Positions 42,418 to 51,609 are shown, counted from the stretch's first letter. The stretch: DNA of 64,000 bases from Escherichia coli (GCF_003790525.1 NZ_CP033635.1), one strand, 5' to 3'. A program made the numbers and translations. Notes: generated from the sequence alone by a model not told the origin.

Positions 42418-43149
42418 TCACCTGCCATCCAGCAAACGCCCCGGCCCACGGCTGCAACCATAATTACGCTGACCGGAACCATTATGCTGCTTCGTTTTAT
42501 TTTTCACGAGATAACTGGCTCTGTTCCTGGCTTTCTGCATCGCTGCCACATCACCACGCTTGATCCAGAGAACAGCGGCTTCACCCGGCTTTTTTTCTGA
42601 AGCCTTCCTGGTATCAGAACATCCACCCGACAAAGGCGTGTCATCGGAAGAAGGGCGAGCATCAGACGATGCTGGTTTACGAAAAGGCTTCCACCTGGAA
42701 AAATGGACCAGGCCATCGCCTTGCCAGGGCTCAAGATGCAGAGCGCTGCACCATGCCTCCTGGATCATCGCCGCCAGCGAAGACGGTTCGCTGAAATCCC
42801 CGAGCGAGCACCAGGTATCTTTGTTGAGCAGCAATATCACGTGATAATGTTTCCTGTTTTCTTCCTCTCCGAACTCCCGGCACCAGAAATAACGCAGGCT
42901 GGTTGCATGCACACGCTGACTGGCACGTCGCTTATGCTGCTGGTAAGCCTGGATTTTGGCTTTCAGGGATTCGAAAAAACGAGAAATCACCGCTGAATCC
43001 GGATCGGGATCCATGATGGTGACAGGCATATACTCAGGGAAACGTAAATCCACCCGGATTAACGAGACGGCACGGTGCTGCGACAGGGCACTGTCGAGAA
43101 GGCTGTCAAAACGGGATAACCAGTAAGCATTGTGTATTGGTTGATTCAT
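42418..43149 (-). CDS. inovirus-Gp2-like (YagK/YfjJ family) protein, paralog 3
   Basis: 243 aa. ...VSLIRVDLRFPEY...RYFWCREFGEEENRKHYHVILLLNKD... is the family core. Confidence 0.7.
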   Translation of the reverse strand: MNQPIHNAYWLSRFDSLLDSALSQHRAVSLIRVDLRFPEYMPVTIMDPDPDSAVISRFFESLKAKIQAYQQHKRRASQRVHATSLRYFWCREFGEEENRKHYHVILLLNKDTWCSLGDFSEPSSLAAMIQEAWCSALHLEPWQGDGLVHFSRWKPFRKPASSDARPSSDDTPLSGGCSDTRKASEKKPGEAAVLWIKRGDVAAMQKARNRASYLVKNKTKQHNGSGQRNYGCSRGPGRLLDGR

Positions 43150-44722
43150 GATGAGAGATCTCCGTTGATTTGGATTGACTTCACATCATTAATCACCGCG
43201 GTAAAACTTTACGGCATCATGTCATTAAGCAATGCTACAACTCTCTGATTAAGAGTGATTGAAACGGAACAAACCATCCCGGAACGAAAAGATAATCCTG
43301 CACACAGCAGCAAAACACGCAACAACAGCATGAATGGATTTAAAAACGACATGGACGACGAGAAAAGCCTGAAGGGAAAAGGATCCACAGAACATTCGAA
43401 CAAAACACCAGAAACGCAACCAGAACGCTTCCTGGCAATGCAAATCAACAACAACACCAAAACCTACAGCTTAATCACACAACTCAATCACGAATGCGAA
43501 TGACACGTTTAAAACCTGTTTACAGATAACGTCGTAACAAGATCATCCCCATCAGAATCGATTTTCTTATCTTGAGTATGTTACTTTTCAACATACCTAA
43601 ACGATTAACCACCGATAACGTAAATCTCATCTGAATCAAAACACCAAAACCAATCATCACGTTTTCGACAGAAGAAAAACACCACATCATGACAAAAAGA
43701 ATGACCTTACACGGAAAAGAAAAACGTCAGGAATCGTTAATGCATACCTCAATCTGATTGTTATCAAAACATCCAGAAAGTCGTTTAACAGAATCGTCGT
43801 AAGCACATCGAAAAGAACGTCAGATCACCTCAGGAAAGTTCGGGTTGATTTAGCGTAAAGATACTTTTCTCAGCTTAACGTCGAAACACAAACCAAAAAC
43901 CACAAACAACCAAAGCTCAGGAAAGGTTAAACGTCACATCAGTAAAATCGAATAGCAGATTGATTGCTTAAACAGGAAGGATTGTTTTACAGCAGCATTA
44001 AACTGATTTAGTTAACGTAAAATCAGAACTGACAGGTTTACTAACTTGGATGTGTATCAGTTCAAAAATGTGTACAGCAATGCGTAATGAAACACATTTA
44101 AAGGAGATTAATGGGAAAAGTGTGTAAATGCGTAAACATGCACTAATGAATCACTGAAGGAATACATACAAAACGACTTAATGAAAACATAAAAGGACCT
44201 AATGGAAAAGGTGTATATAATACCATATCCGACATTCTCAACATCTTAAGACATCCATGCAGACTGAATGTTGGTTTCAGTTTTTCACGGTAAGCATGAA
44301 TCTTTTCTGTTCAAAAGCAGAGCAGATTTACTCTGGAATTATTTTTCTTACTCCGTATTCTGTACAGCAAAAACTTGTGCTAACTTTACAGCAAACCATC
44401 ATAATCAGCGTCTGTAGTCCCATCGCTTTACCCCATGAAAGTGAATCCATATGATGCGAGAGAGATAAGTCATCGTATCCGGTAAACACTGCTAACCATA
44501 ACATAAGATCATTCAGTCAGTTTTATCTCTGAACTGACGATTATGGCATGCTCATTTATATGGCTCACAGAGGAGTGTTATTATCTGTAAGCTTTAATCA
44601 TCAAATCACATGACCATACCAAACTGGCGCTATATCAGCTCATTTGACACCCCTTCCCTTTAGATTTCTTTATGTGTTTTTTGTCGATAATTAAAATGTA
44701 ATATGAATTTAATATTTTTACA

Positions 44723-45946
44723 TCATAAACACCATTTAAAACCATTATCCTGAACATCATACAACAATATATTTTTACTAAAGCATGAATTGTATATTTC
44801 TATTAATTCAGGAAAATTATCAGGATTCACCTTTAAATTCACCTGAATGTTACGCCTAATTTCACCCAGCAGTTTTTCATGCGTGAATTTTATTATTTCT
44901 TTATCATAATCTATAAATTCACACATGTTTTTTATGAATTCAAACCCTTTTCCTGTATACAGTTTGATGAATGCCACAAGAGCAAACATTTCAAGATGCA
45001 GCCATAATGCCACGTGAGTTTTTCGCAAAGTATAAAAAATTGAATTCACCTCTTTTTTACTTATTGCTCTTTTGTACTGTGAGTGTGCCAGATTCAGTAG
45101 TGGCAATTCTCTCTCGATAAATGAAAGTGAAAAAGGCGGGTAAATTGATGTCGGAAATATTTTAGGTCTTATGATATTTTCTATTTCCACCATAAATCTA
45201 TCCATAGAAAGAAAATCATTTTCTTTTTTTATTCTGGTATAGAGACCGCCTTTATTTCTTACTGCGACTTTTTTTCGTGCTACCCCCCCCAACACTTCCT
45301 CTAATTGTTTATTTATCTTCGTATCATTAAATACAACCATTCTTCTTATCATCCTGGGAAGGATGATAATATCAGAGCTTGAATCACTTGAACGGTAATT
45401 ATTATTGATCCATGCAACTTCAAGTTGAAGTATCGGAACATTAAATTCTCTGGGGTTAATAACTCTCTGATATTGTTTTTTGTATGCGTTTTTATTAAGA
45501 TATTCTCTGCTGTAGAGAAACTTATAGCAATATAATCTGACAATATCCTTTATGTAAGATTTAAATGAGTCACCTGTAACAGATATATTTTTTCTGCTCA
45601 GTAACTCCTGTGTATTGAGCCATTCCCGTGACCGGAGTACTCCCTTATGAAGACTTTTTCTTACTTGCATTGAACTGCGCAATTGATGTAATATTTTTGC
45701 GTCCTCAACAATTCTCTTTCCCGTTTGATTTCTTGCAGCATCTATTACTCTGTCAAATATCTCCCGGTCCAGACTTTTGTCATATTTACTGATTATACGA
45801 CAAATATTCCTGACCCGACGGTTCTCTTTATTTCGTTTCCATAACTGATAATGATCATCACATAACCTCAGGGCATTTGCCTCATCAAATTCTGAAACAG
45901 GATTGCTGCATTTTTTATTCCGACAGATACCTTTGTTTTTAGCCAT
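44723..45946 (-). CDS. orphan 407-aa protein with an N-terminal CCCH-type zinc-finger-like motif; function unknown
   Basis: Long uninterrupted ORF in a markedly AT-rich segment. The N-terminus is GICRNKKCSNPVSEFDEANALRLCDDHY (C-x4-C-x15-C-x2-H). The rest is Lys/Ile/Asn-rich and predicted helical. I recognise no family. Confidence 0.6.
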   Translation of the reverse strand: MAKNKGICRNKKCSNPVSEFDEANALRLCDDHYQLWKRNKENRRVRNICRIISKYDKSLDREIFDRVIDAARNQTGKRIVEDAKILHQLRSSMQVRKSLHKGVLRSREWLNTQELLSRKNISVTGDSFKSYIKDIVRLYCYKFLYSREYLNKNAYKKQYQRVINPREFNVPILQLEVAWINNNYRSSDSSSDIIILPRMIRRMVVFNDTKINKQLEEVLGGVARKKVAVRNKGGLYTRIKKENDFLSMDRFMVEIENIIRPKIFPTSIYPPFSLSFIERELPLLNLAHSQYKRAISKKEVNSIFYTLRKTHVALWLHLEMFALVAFIKLYTGKGFEFIKNMCEFIDYDKEIIKFTHEKLLGEIRRNIQVNLKVNPDNFPELIEIYNSCFSKNILLYDVQDNGFKWCL

Positions 45947-46046
45947 ACTCTTCTTCCCGTCAATGGAAAATTTTTCACGTCCATATTACCTGACTGAGAG
46001 ACCGGATTAATGTGATCCGGTTCAGTGAAATCAACAGGATACCGGT

Positions 46047-46931
46047 ATGTCATTCAGCCATTCTTCCCTTTCCGCACACGTAAAATCACATCTGACCTTT
46101 CTTCCTGAAGAAATACGCCAGAAAATCCTTGAATATCTTCACAGCGTCATTCAGTACGAACCCGTGATTGGCATTATGGGTAAATCCGGTGCCGGAAAAA
46201 GCAGCCTGTGCAATGCCATTTTTCAGTCCCGTGTCTGCGCCACGCATCCACTGAACGGCTGCACCCGTCAGGCTCATCGTCTTACCTTTCAGCCTGGTGA
46301 ACGCAGAATGACGCTCGTCGATCTGCCCGGCACTGGCGAAACACCACAGCATGATCAGGAATACCGGGCACTTTACCGTCAGTTACTGCCCGAACTGGAT
46401 CTGATTATCTGGATCCTGCGTGCTGATGAACGTGCGTATGCTGCCGACATCGCCATGCATCAGTTTTTACTGAATGAAGGTGCCGATCCCTCGCGTTTTC
46501 TGTTTGTTCTCAGCCATGCTGATCGCATCCACCCGGCTGAAGAATGGAACAGCCAGAGCAACACGCCATCCCGTCAGCAGGAACTCTCACTGGCAACAGT
46601 AACAGCCCGGGTGGCAACCCTGTTCCCTTCATCATTTCCGGTACTCCCCATAGCTGCCCCTGCAGGCTGGAATCTTCCGGCATTTGTGTCACTGATGATC
46701 CACGCCCTGCCACCACAGGCAACCAGCACGGTTTATTCGCATATCCGGAATGAAAAGCGCACTGCGCAGGATCAGCAACACGCACAGCAGGCTTTTGGTG
46801 ACGCCATCGGCCAGAGCTTTGACGCGGCCATTGCCCGGTTCAGCTTTCCGGCCTGGATGCTGCAGCTTCTGCGTAAAGCCCGTGATCGCATTATCCGCCT
46901 GCTGGTCACACTGTGGGATCGCCTGTTCTGA
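46047..46931 (+). CDS. YeeP/YfjP/YkfA-type GTPase (50S ribosome-binding GTPase family), intact
   Basis: 294 aa with a P-loop GIMGKSGAGKSSLCNAIF and a DLPG switch. This is the typical first gene of the CP4-type conserved module. Confidence 0.85.
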   Translation: MSFSHSSLSAHVKSHLTFLPEEIRQKILEYLHSVIQYEPVIGIMGKSGAGKSSLCNAIFQSRVCATHPLNGCTRQAHRLTFQPGERRMTLVDLPGTGETPQHDQEYRALYRQLLPELDLIIWILRADERAYAADIAMHQFLLNEGADPSRFLFVLSHADRIHPAEEWNSQSNTPSRQQELSLATVTARVATLFPSSFPVLPIAAPAGWNLPAFVSLMIHALPPQATSTVYSHIRNEKRTAQDQQHAQQAFGDAIGQSFDAAIARFSFPAWMLQLLRKARDRIIRLLVTLWDRLF

Positions 46932-47116
46932 ATTTCCCCGCTTTTTGACCGGCACAGACGATGACCAGGGAACGCATTTCCGGCGGCTTTACCACAATGC
47001 TGAAGGGCTTTTGGTAAACCTCATTCATTTCATCCATCAGGCAGCGTCTTCTCCGGGAGATGCGGCTTTTTCATTGATTACGTCAGTCAGTCTTAACCAC
47101 TGATAAGGAGCAAAGT

Positions 47117-47935
47117 ATGCGATTAGCCAGTCGTTTTGGTTATGCGAACCAGATACGCCGTGACCGTCCGCTGACACATGAAGAGCTGATGCACCATGTG
47201 CCCGGGATTTTCGGGGAGGATAAGCACACCTCCCGGAGCCGGAACTATACATACATCCCCACCATCACCGTGCTGGAAAGCCTGCAACGGGAAGGCTTTC
47301 AGCCGTTCTTTGCCTGCCAGACCCGCGTGCGTGACCCGGGACGCCGGGGATACACAAAGCACATGCTGCGTCTGCGCCGTGACGGGGAGATAAACGGACA
47401 GCATGTCCCTGAAATCATCCTGCTCAACTCCCATGACGGCACCTCCAGCTACCAGATGCTGCCGGGTTACTTCCGGTTCGTGTGTCAGAACGGATGTGTC
47501 TGTGGTCAGTCTCTCGGAGAGGTGCGTGTCCCGCACCGGGGAGACGTGGTGGACAGGGTCATTGAAGGGGCTTACGAGGTGGTGGGCGTGTTTGACCGGA
47601 TAGAGGAAAAGCGTGATGCCATGCAGTCACTGATTTTACCACCACCGGCTCGTCAGGCGCTGGCACAGGCCGCCCTGACTTACCGTTATGGTGACGAACA
47701 TCAGCCCGTCACCACCGCCGACATTCTGACACCACGACGCCGGGAGGATTACGGTCAGGACCTGTGGAGTGCTTATCAGACCATCCAGGAGAATATGCTG
47801 AAAGGCGGGATTTCCGGTCGCAGTGCAAAAGGAAAACGTATCCATACCCGGGCCATTCACAGCATTGATACCGATATAAAACTCAACCGCGCATTGTGGG
47901 TGATGGCAGAAACGCTGCTGGAGAGCATGCGCTGA
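47117..47935 (+). CDS. DUF932-family protein (YfjQ/YafZ-like)
   Basis: 272 aa. MRLASRFGYANQIRRDRPLTHEELMHHVPGIFGEDKH...LLNSHDGTSSYQ matches YfjQ/YafZ. Confidence 0.85.
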   Translation: MRLASRFGYANQIRRDRPLTHEELMHHVPGIFGEDKHTSRSRNYTYIPTITVLESLQREGFQPFFACQTRVRDPGRRGYTKHMLRLRRDGEINGQHVPEIILLNSHDGTSSYQMLPGYFRFVCQNGCVCGQSLGEVRVPHRGDVVDRVIEGAYEVVGVFDRIEEKRDAMQSLILPPPARQALAQAALTYRYGDEHQPVTTADILTPRRREDYGQDLWSAYQTIQENMLKGGISGRSAKGKRIHTRAIHSIDTDIKLNRALWVMAETLLESMR

Positions 47936-48016
47936 TGCCGTTTCCCTGAGTGAGGGAATCATTCAGCTTTCGTTCCTGAAAAACACACATTTATTTGTTA
48001 TTTAAGGAGTTATCTC

Positions 48017-48457
48017 ATGAAAACCGTTTCTCAGAATACCCCCACAATTTATTCAGCTACAACACCAGAGAATAATCCGCCTCAGTTGGTTGCCAGCCTC
48101 GTCCCTGATGAACAGCGCATCAGCTTCTGGCCGCAGCATTTTGGCCTCATTCCACAGTGGGTGACCCTGGAGCCCCGTGTCTTCGGCTGGATGGACCGTC
48201 TGTGCGAAGACTACTGCGGTGGTATCTGGAATCTGTACACCCTGAACAACGGCGGCGCATTTATGGCCCCCGAACCGGATGATGATGATGACGAAACATG
48301 GGTACTGTTCAATGCCATGAACGGTAACCGCGCTGAAATGAGCCCGGAAGCCGCCGGCATTGCTGCCTGTCTGATGACGTACAGTCATCATGCCTGTCGT
48401 ACGGAGTGTTATGCCATGACGGTTCATTATTACCGTCTGCGGGATTACGCCCTGTAG
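48017..48457 (+). CDS. antirestriction protein, KlcA/ArdB family (YfjX-like)
   Basis: 146 aa. ISFWPQHFGLIPQWVTLEPRVFGWMDRLCEDYCGGIWNLYTLNNGGAFMAP matches YfjX. Confidence 0.85.
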   Translation: MKTVSQNTPTIYSATTPENNPPQLVASLVPDEQRISFWPQHFGLIPQWVTLEPRVFGWMDRLCEDYCGGIWNLYTLNNGGAFMAPEPDDDDDETWVLFNAMNGNRAEMSPEAAGIAACLMTYSHHACRTECYAMTVHYYRLRDYAL

Positions 48458-48511
48458 CATCCGGAATGCAGCGCCATTATGCGCATCATTGACTGAAAGG
48501 GGGCCGGAACA

Positions 48512-48988
48512 ATGCAACAGATTTCCTTTCTGCCCGGAGAAATGACAACCAGAGAGCGCAGCCTCATTCAGCGGGCCCTGAAAGCCCTGGACCGCCATCT
48601 TCATGAACCCGGCGTGGCCTTCACCTCCACCCGTGCGGCACGGGAATGGCTGATTCTGAACATGGCGGGACTGGAGCGGGAAGAGTTCCGGGTGCTGTAC
48701 CTGAACAACCAGAATCAGCTGATTGCCGGTGAAACCCTCTTCACCGGCACCATCAACCGCACGGAAGTCCATCCCCGGGAGGTGGTTAAACGCGCCCTGT
48801 ACCACAATGCCGCTGCCGTGGTGCTGGCACACAATCATCCGTCCGGTGAAGTCACACCCGGTAAGGCAGACCGGCTTATCACTGAACGTCTGGTACAGGC
48901 ACTGGCCCTGGTGGATATCCGGGTGCCGGACCATCTGATAATCGGTGGCAGCCGGGTGTTCTCCTTTGCCGAACACGGTCTGCTTTAA
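48512..48988 (+). CDS. RadC-like JAB-domain protein (YfjY/YeeS-like)
   Basis: 158 aa with the JAMM motif HNHPSGEVTPGKADRLIT. Confidence 0.88.
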   Translation: MQQISFLPGEMTTRERSLIQRALKALDRHLHEPGVAFTSTRAAREWLILNMAGLEREEFRVLYLNNQNQLIAGETLFTGTINRTEVHPREVVKRALYHNAAAVVLAHNHPSGEVTPGKADRLITERLVQALALVDIRVPDHLIIGGSRVFSFAEHGLL

Positions 48989-49077
48989 TCCGTCACCGTC
49001 ACAACCACCTTCATATTGTCACTTCAGTTTCTCTTTCTCAGCTGTTTCTCACTTTCACATTCAGGAGGACTGTTCTC

Positions 49078-49299
49078 ATGAAAATCGTCACCCGTGGTGA
49101 AGCCATGCGCGTTCACCGTCAGTATCCGTCATCCCGTCTTTTTCCGTTCTGCACCGGTAAGTACCGCTGGCACGGCGGCACTGAGGCGTATACCGGTCGT
49201 GAAGTGCAGGATATCCCCGGCGTACTGGCCGTGTTTGCCGAACGCCGCAAGGACAGTTTTGGCCCGTATGTCCGGCTGATGAGCGTCACCCTGAACTGA
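49078..49299 (+). CDS. DUF987-family protein (YpjJ/YeeT-like)
   Basis: 73 aa. MKIVTRGEAMRVHRQYPSSRLFPFCTGKYRWHG... matches YpjJ/YeeT. Confidence 0.85.
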   Translation: MKIVTRGEAMRVHRQYPSSRLFPFCTGKYRWHGGTEAYTGREVQDIPGVLAVFAERRKDSFGPYVRLMSVTLN

Positions 49300-49315
49300 G
49301 TCAGTGGAGATGCTG

Positions 49316-49960
49316 ATGAGCAGCATTATCACCACCACCGTGTATACGCTGAATGAACTTTCCGCCACAGCACGGGAAAAAGCCCGCGGCTGGTACCGTC
49401 AGCATCATGCTGACAGCCGCTGGTATGAAAACGTGTATGAGGACTTCAGGGCGGTCTGTGAGATTGTCGGGATTGTCCTCCGCCAGCGTGTTATCCGGCT
49501 CAGCAGCGGCAGGTTTATGGAAGAGCCGTGCATCTGGTTCAGCGGATTCTGCAGCCAGGGGGACGGAGCCTGTTTTGAAGGGCGCTGGCACTGGCAGCCG
49601 GCAACAGCCAGGCGAGTCCGGGAATATGCCCCGCAGGACCGTGAGCTTCATCGTATCACGGATGCCCTGCAGGCGGTGCAGAAGCATAACTTCCGGCAGT
49701 TACAGGCTGAAATCCGTCACCGGGGACGCTACTGCCATCCGTACAGCATGGATATCACCGTCACCCGGGACAGCCCGACCGGACAGGCAATGACAGCCGG
49801 CGCGGAAACCGTTGTCTGTGACGCCCTGCGGGACCTGGCCTTCTGGTTATACAGTCAACTGGAAAACGAGTACGACTGGCTGACCTCAGATGACGCCGTG
49901 GATGAGGCGCTTCTCATCAACGGATACACCTTCACCGAAGCCGGTCTGCGCGCCGGCTGA
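49316..49960 (+). CDS. conserved island protein of unknown function (214 aa)
   Basis: ATG 49316 is preceded by GGAG (alternative starts at 49304/49310). The ORF lies between the DUF987 and cbeA-like genes. I recall homologs being annotated loosely as antitoxin-associated, but I cannot assign a family. Confidence 0.55.
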   Translation: MSSIITTTVYTLNELSATAREKARGWYRQHHADSRWYENVYEDFRAVCEIVGIVLRQRVIRLSSGRFMEEPCIWFSGFCSQGDGACFEGRWHWQPATARRVREYAPQDRELHRITDALQAVQKHNFRQLQAEIRHRGRYCHPYSMDITVTRDSPTGQAMTAGAETVVCDALRDLAFWLYSQLENEYDWLTSDDAVDEALLINGYTFTEAGLRAG

Positions 49961-50010
49961 CCCGTCATTGTTAAAACCATTCTTAACCGATTATCAGTGA
50001 GGACTTTATC

Positions 50011-50388
50011 ATGTCAGACACACTCACCGGGACAACGCATCCCGACGACAACAGCGACCGCCCCTGGTGGGGGCTGCCCTGCACCGTGACGCCCTGTTTC
50101 GGTGCCCGTCTGGTGCAGGAGGGTAACCGCCTGCATTACCTTGCAGACCGCGCCGGCATCAGAGGCCGGTTCAGCGACGCAGATGCGTACCACCCGGACC
50201 AGGCCTTTCCGCTGCTGATGAAACAGCTGGAACTCATGCTCACCAGTGGTGAACTCAGTCCCCGCCATCAGCATACCGTCACACTGTATGCGAAAGGGCT
50301 GACCTGCGAAGCCGACACCCTCGGCAGTTGTGGTTACGTGTATATCGCCATTTATCCGACACCGGCAACACCCGGAACCACCGCATAA
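50011..50388 (+). CDS. type IV antitoxin, CbeA/YeeU/YfjZ family
   Basis: 125 aa. [55 protein letters not shown] is the family hallmark. Confidence 0.88.
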   Translation: MSDTLTGTTHPDDNSDRPWWGLPCTVTPCFGARLVQEGNRLHYLADRAGIRGRFSDADAYHPDQAFPLLMKQLELMLTSGELSPRHQHTVTLYAKGLTCEADTLGSCGYVYIAIYPTPATPGTTA

Positions 50389-50434
50389 CCCCGGACAGCA
50401 CTTCTTTATCACCACCTGTTACAGAGTACTTAAG

Positions 50435-50809
50435 ATGAAAACATTCCCCGACACACATGTACGGGCAACATCGCGCTGCCCGTCTCCGGTTGAAATCTGG
50501 CAGACACTGCTCACCCGGTTGCTGGACCAGCACTACGGCCTCACGCTGAATGACACACCGTTCGCCGATGAACGTGTGATTGAACAGCATATTGAGGCAG
50601 GTATTTCACTGTGTGATGCGGTGAACTTTCTCGTGGAAAAATACGCACTGGTGCGTACCGACCAGCCGGGATTCAGTGCCTGCACCCGCTCTCAGTTAAT
50701 CAACAGCATTGATATCCTCCGGGCCCGCCGGGCAACCGGCCTGATGACCCGCAGCCACTACCGAATGGTGAGCAACATCACCCTGGGTAAACACTGTGAG
50801 GTGAAATGA
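50435..50809 (+). CDS. type IV toxin, CbtA/YeeV/YpjF family
   Basis: Start at [43 protein letters not shown] (124 aa). The track ORF adds 35 unsupported codons. Confidence 0.88.
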   Translation: MKTFPDTHVRATSRCPSPVEIWQTLLTRLLDQHYGLTLNDTPFADERVIEQHIEAGISLCDAVNFLVEKYALVRTDQPGFSACTRSQLINSIDILRARRATGLMTRSHYRMVSNITLGKHCEVK

Positions 50810-51297
50810 TGAAACTGTCCCTGACGCTGGAAGCAGACAGCGTTAACGTCCGGGCACTGAACATGGGGCGCATTGTCGCTGACGTCGATGGTGTTAATCT
50901 CGCTGAACTGATTAACGTGGTCTGCGATAACGGCTGTTCCCTTCGTGTTGTTGATGAATCTGACCGGACCTCAGCAGACTGCATGCCACCATTTACTGCC
51001 CTTACCGGCATACGCTGCAGTACCGCACATATCACGGAACAGGACAATGCCTGGCTGTACTCGCTGTCGCATCAGACGAATGACAACGGCGAATCAGAAT
51101 GGATTCATTTTACAGGCAGCGGATATCTGTTACGTACTGATGCGTGGTCGTACCCGGCTCTGCGGCTTAAACGCCTGGGGCTGTCAAAAACCTTCCGCCG
51201 TCTGGTTGTCACACTTATCCGGCGTTATGGCGTCAGTCTCATTCATCTGGATGCCGGCGCTGAATGTCTGCCGGGTTTACCCACTTTCGACTGGTAA
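50806..51297 (+). CDS. DUF5983-family protein (YeeW-like)
   Basis: 163 aa. ATGA overlap with the cbtA-like stop. The gene position and sequence are YeeW-like. Confidence 0.7.
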   Translation: MMKLSLTLEADSVNVRALNMGRIVADVDGVNLAELINVVCDNGCSLRVVDESDRTSADCMPPFTALTGIRCSTAHITEQDNAWLYSLSHQTNDNGESEWIHFTGSGYLLRTDAWSYPALRLKRLGLSKTFRRLVVTLIRRYGVSLIHLDAGAECLPGLPTFDW

Positions 51298-51316
51298 CCG
51301 GGACAAAAGACACCGT

Positions 51317-51514
51317 ATGAAATCATTAACCACAGAAACGGCACCGGATATTCTGATTGCGTGGCTGCAGGACAATATCGACTGCGGCTCCGGCATTATC
51401 TTCGACAACGATGAGGATAAAACGGATTCGGCAGCACTGCTGCCCTGTATCGAACAGGCCAGAGCGGATATCCGCACCCTGCGCCACCTGCAGCTTCAGC
51501 ACCAGAACCGGTGA
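51317..51514 (+). CDS. DUF957-family small protein
   Basis: 65 aa from ATG 51317: MKSLTTETAPDILIAWLQDNIDCGSGIIFDNDEDKTDSAALLPCIEQARADIRTLR. Only this tail of track ORF 50945-51514 is credible. Confidence 0.65.
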   Translation: MKSLTTETAPDILIAWLQDNIDCGSGIIFDNDEDKTDSAALLPCIEQARADIRTLRHLQLQHQNR

Positions 51515-51609
51515 GTCTCACTCATCATCTCACTCACCACGATTCATTCCCCTGACGCCAGTCCGAATACGGCTGGCGTTTTCATTTATAAACCACAAGG
51601 AAAAATGTA

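Noticed and set aside
43209-43503. Three overlapping 64-83-aa ORFs in the non-coding tract
   Set aside because: They start at weak or non-ATG codons without an SD. Their compositions simply mirror the strand bias: hydrophobic on the T-rich strand, Lys/Asn/Glu-rich on the A-rich strand.
44257-44454. 65-aa plus-strand ORF downstream of the mini-ORF cluster
   Set aside because: It has no SD and no recognisable family, and it sits in AT-rich DNA where such ORFs arise by chance. It is mentioned only in the context of the mini-ORF finding.
48053-48976. 307-aa ORF on the minus strand
   Set aside because: It is antisense to the well-supported KlcA-like and RadC-like genes. It has no recognisable motifs, and its amino-acid composition is typical of a shadow frame.
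50945-51514. 189-aa plus-strand ORF
   Set aside because: Its first ~124 codons overlap the YeeW-like gene in another frame. Only the terminal 65 codons (51317-51514, DUF957-like) were accepted.
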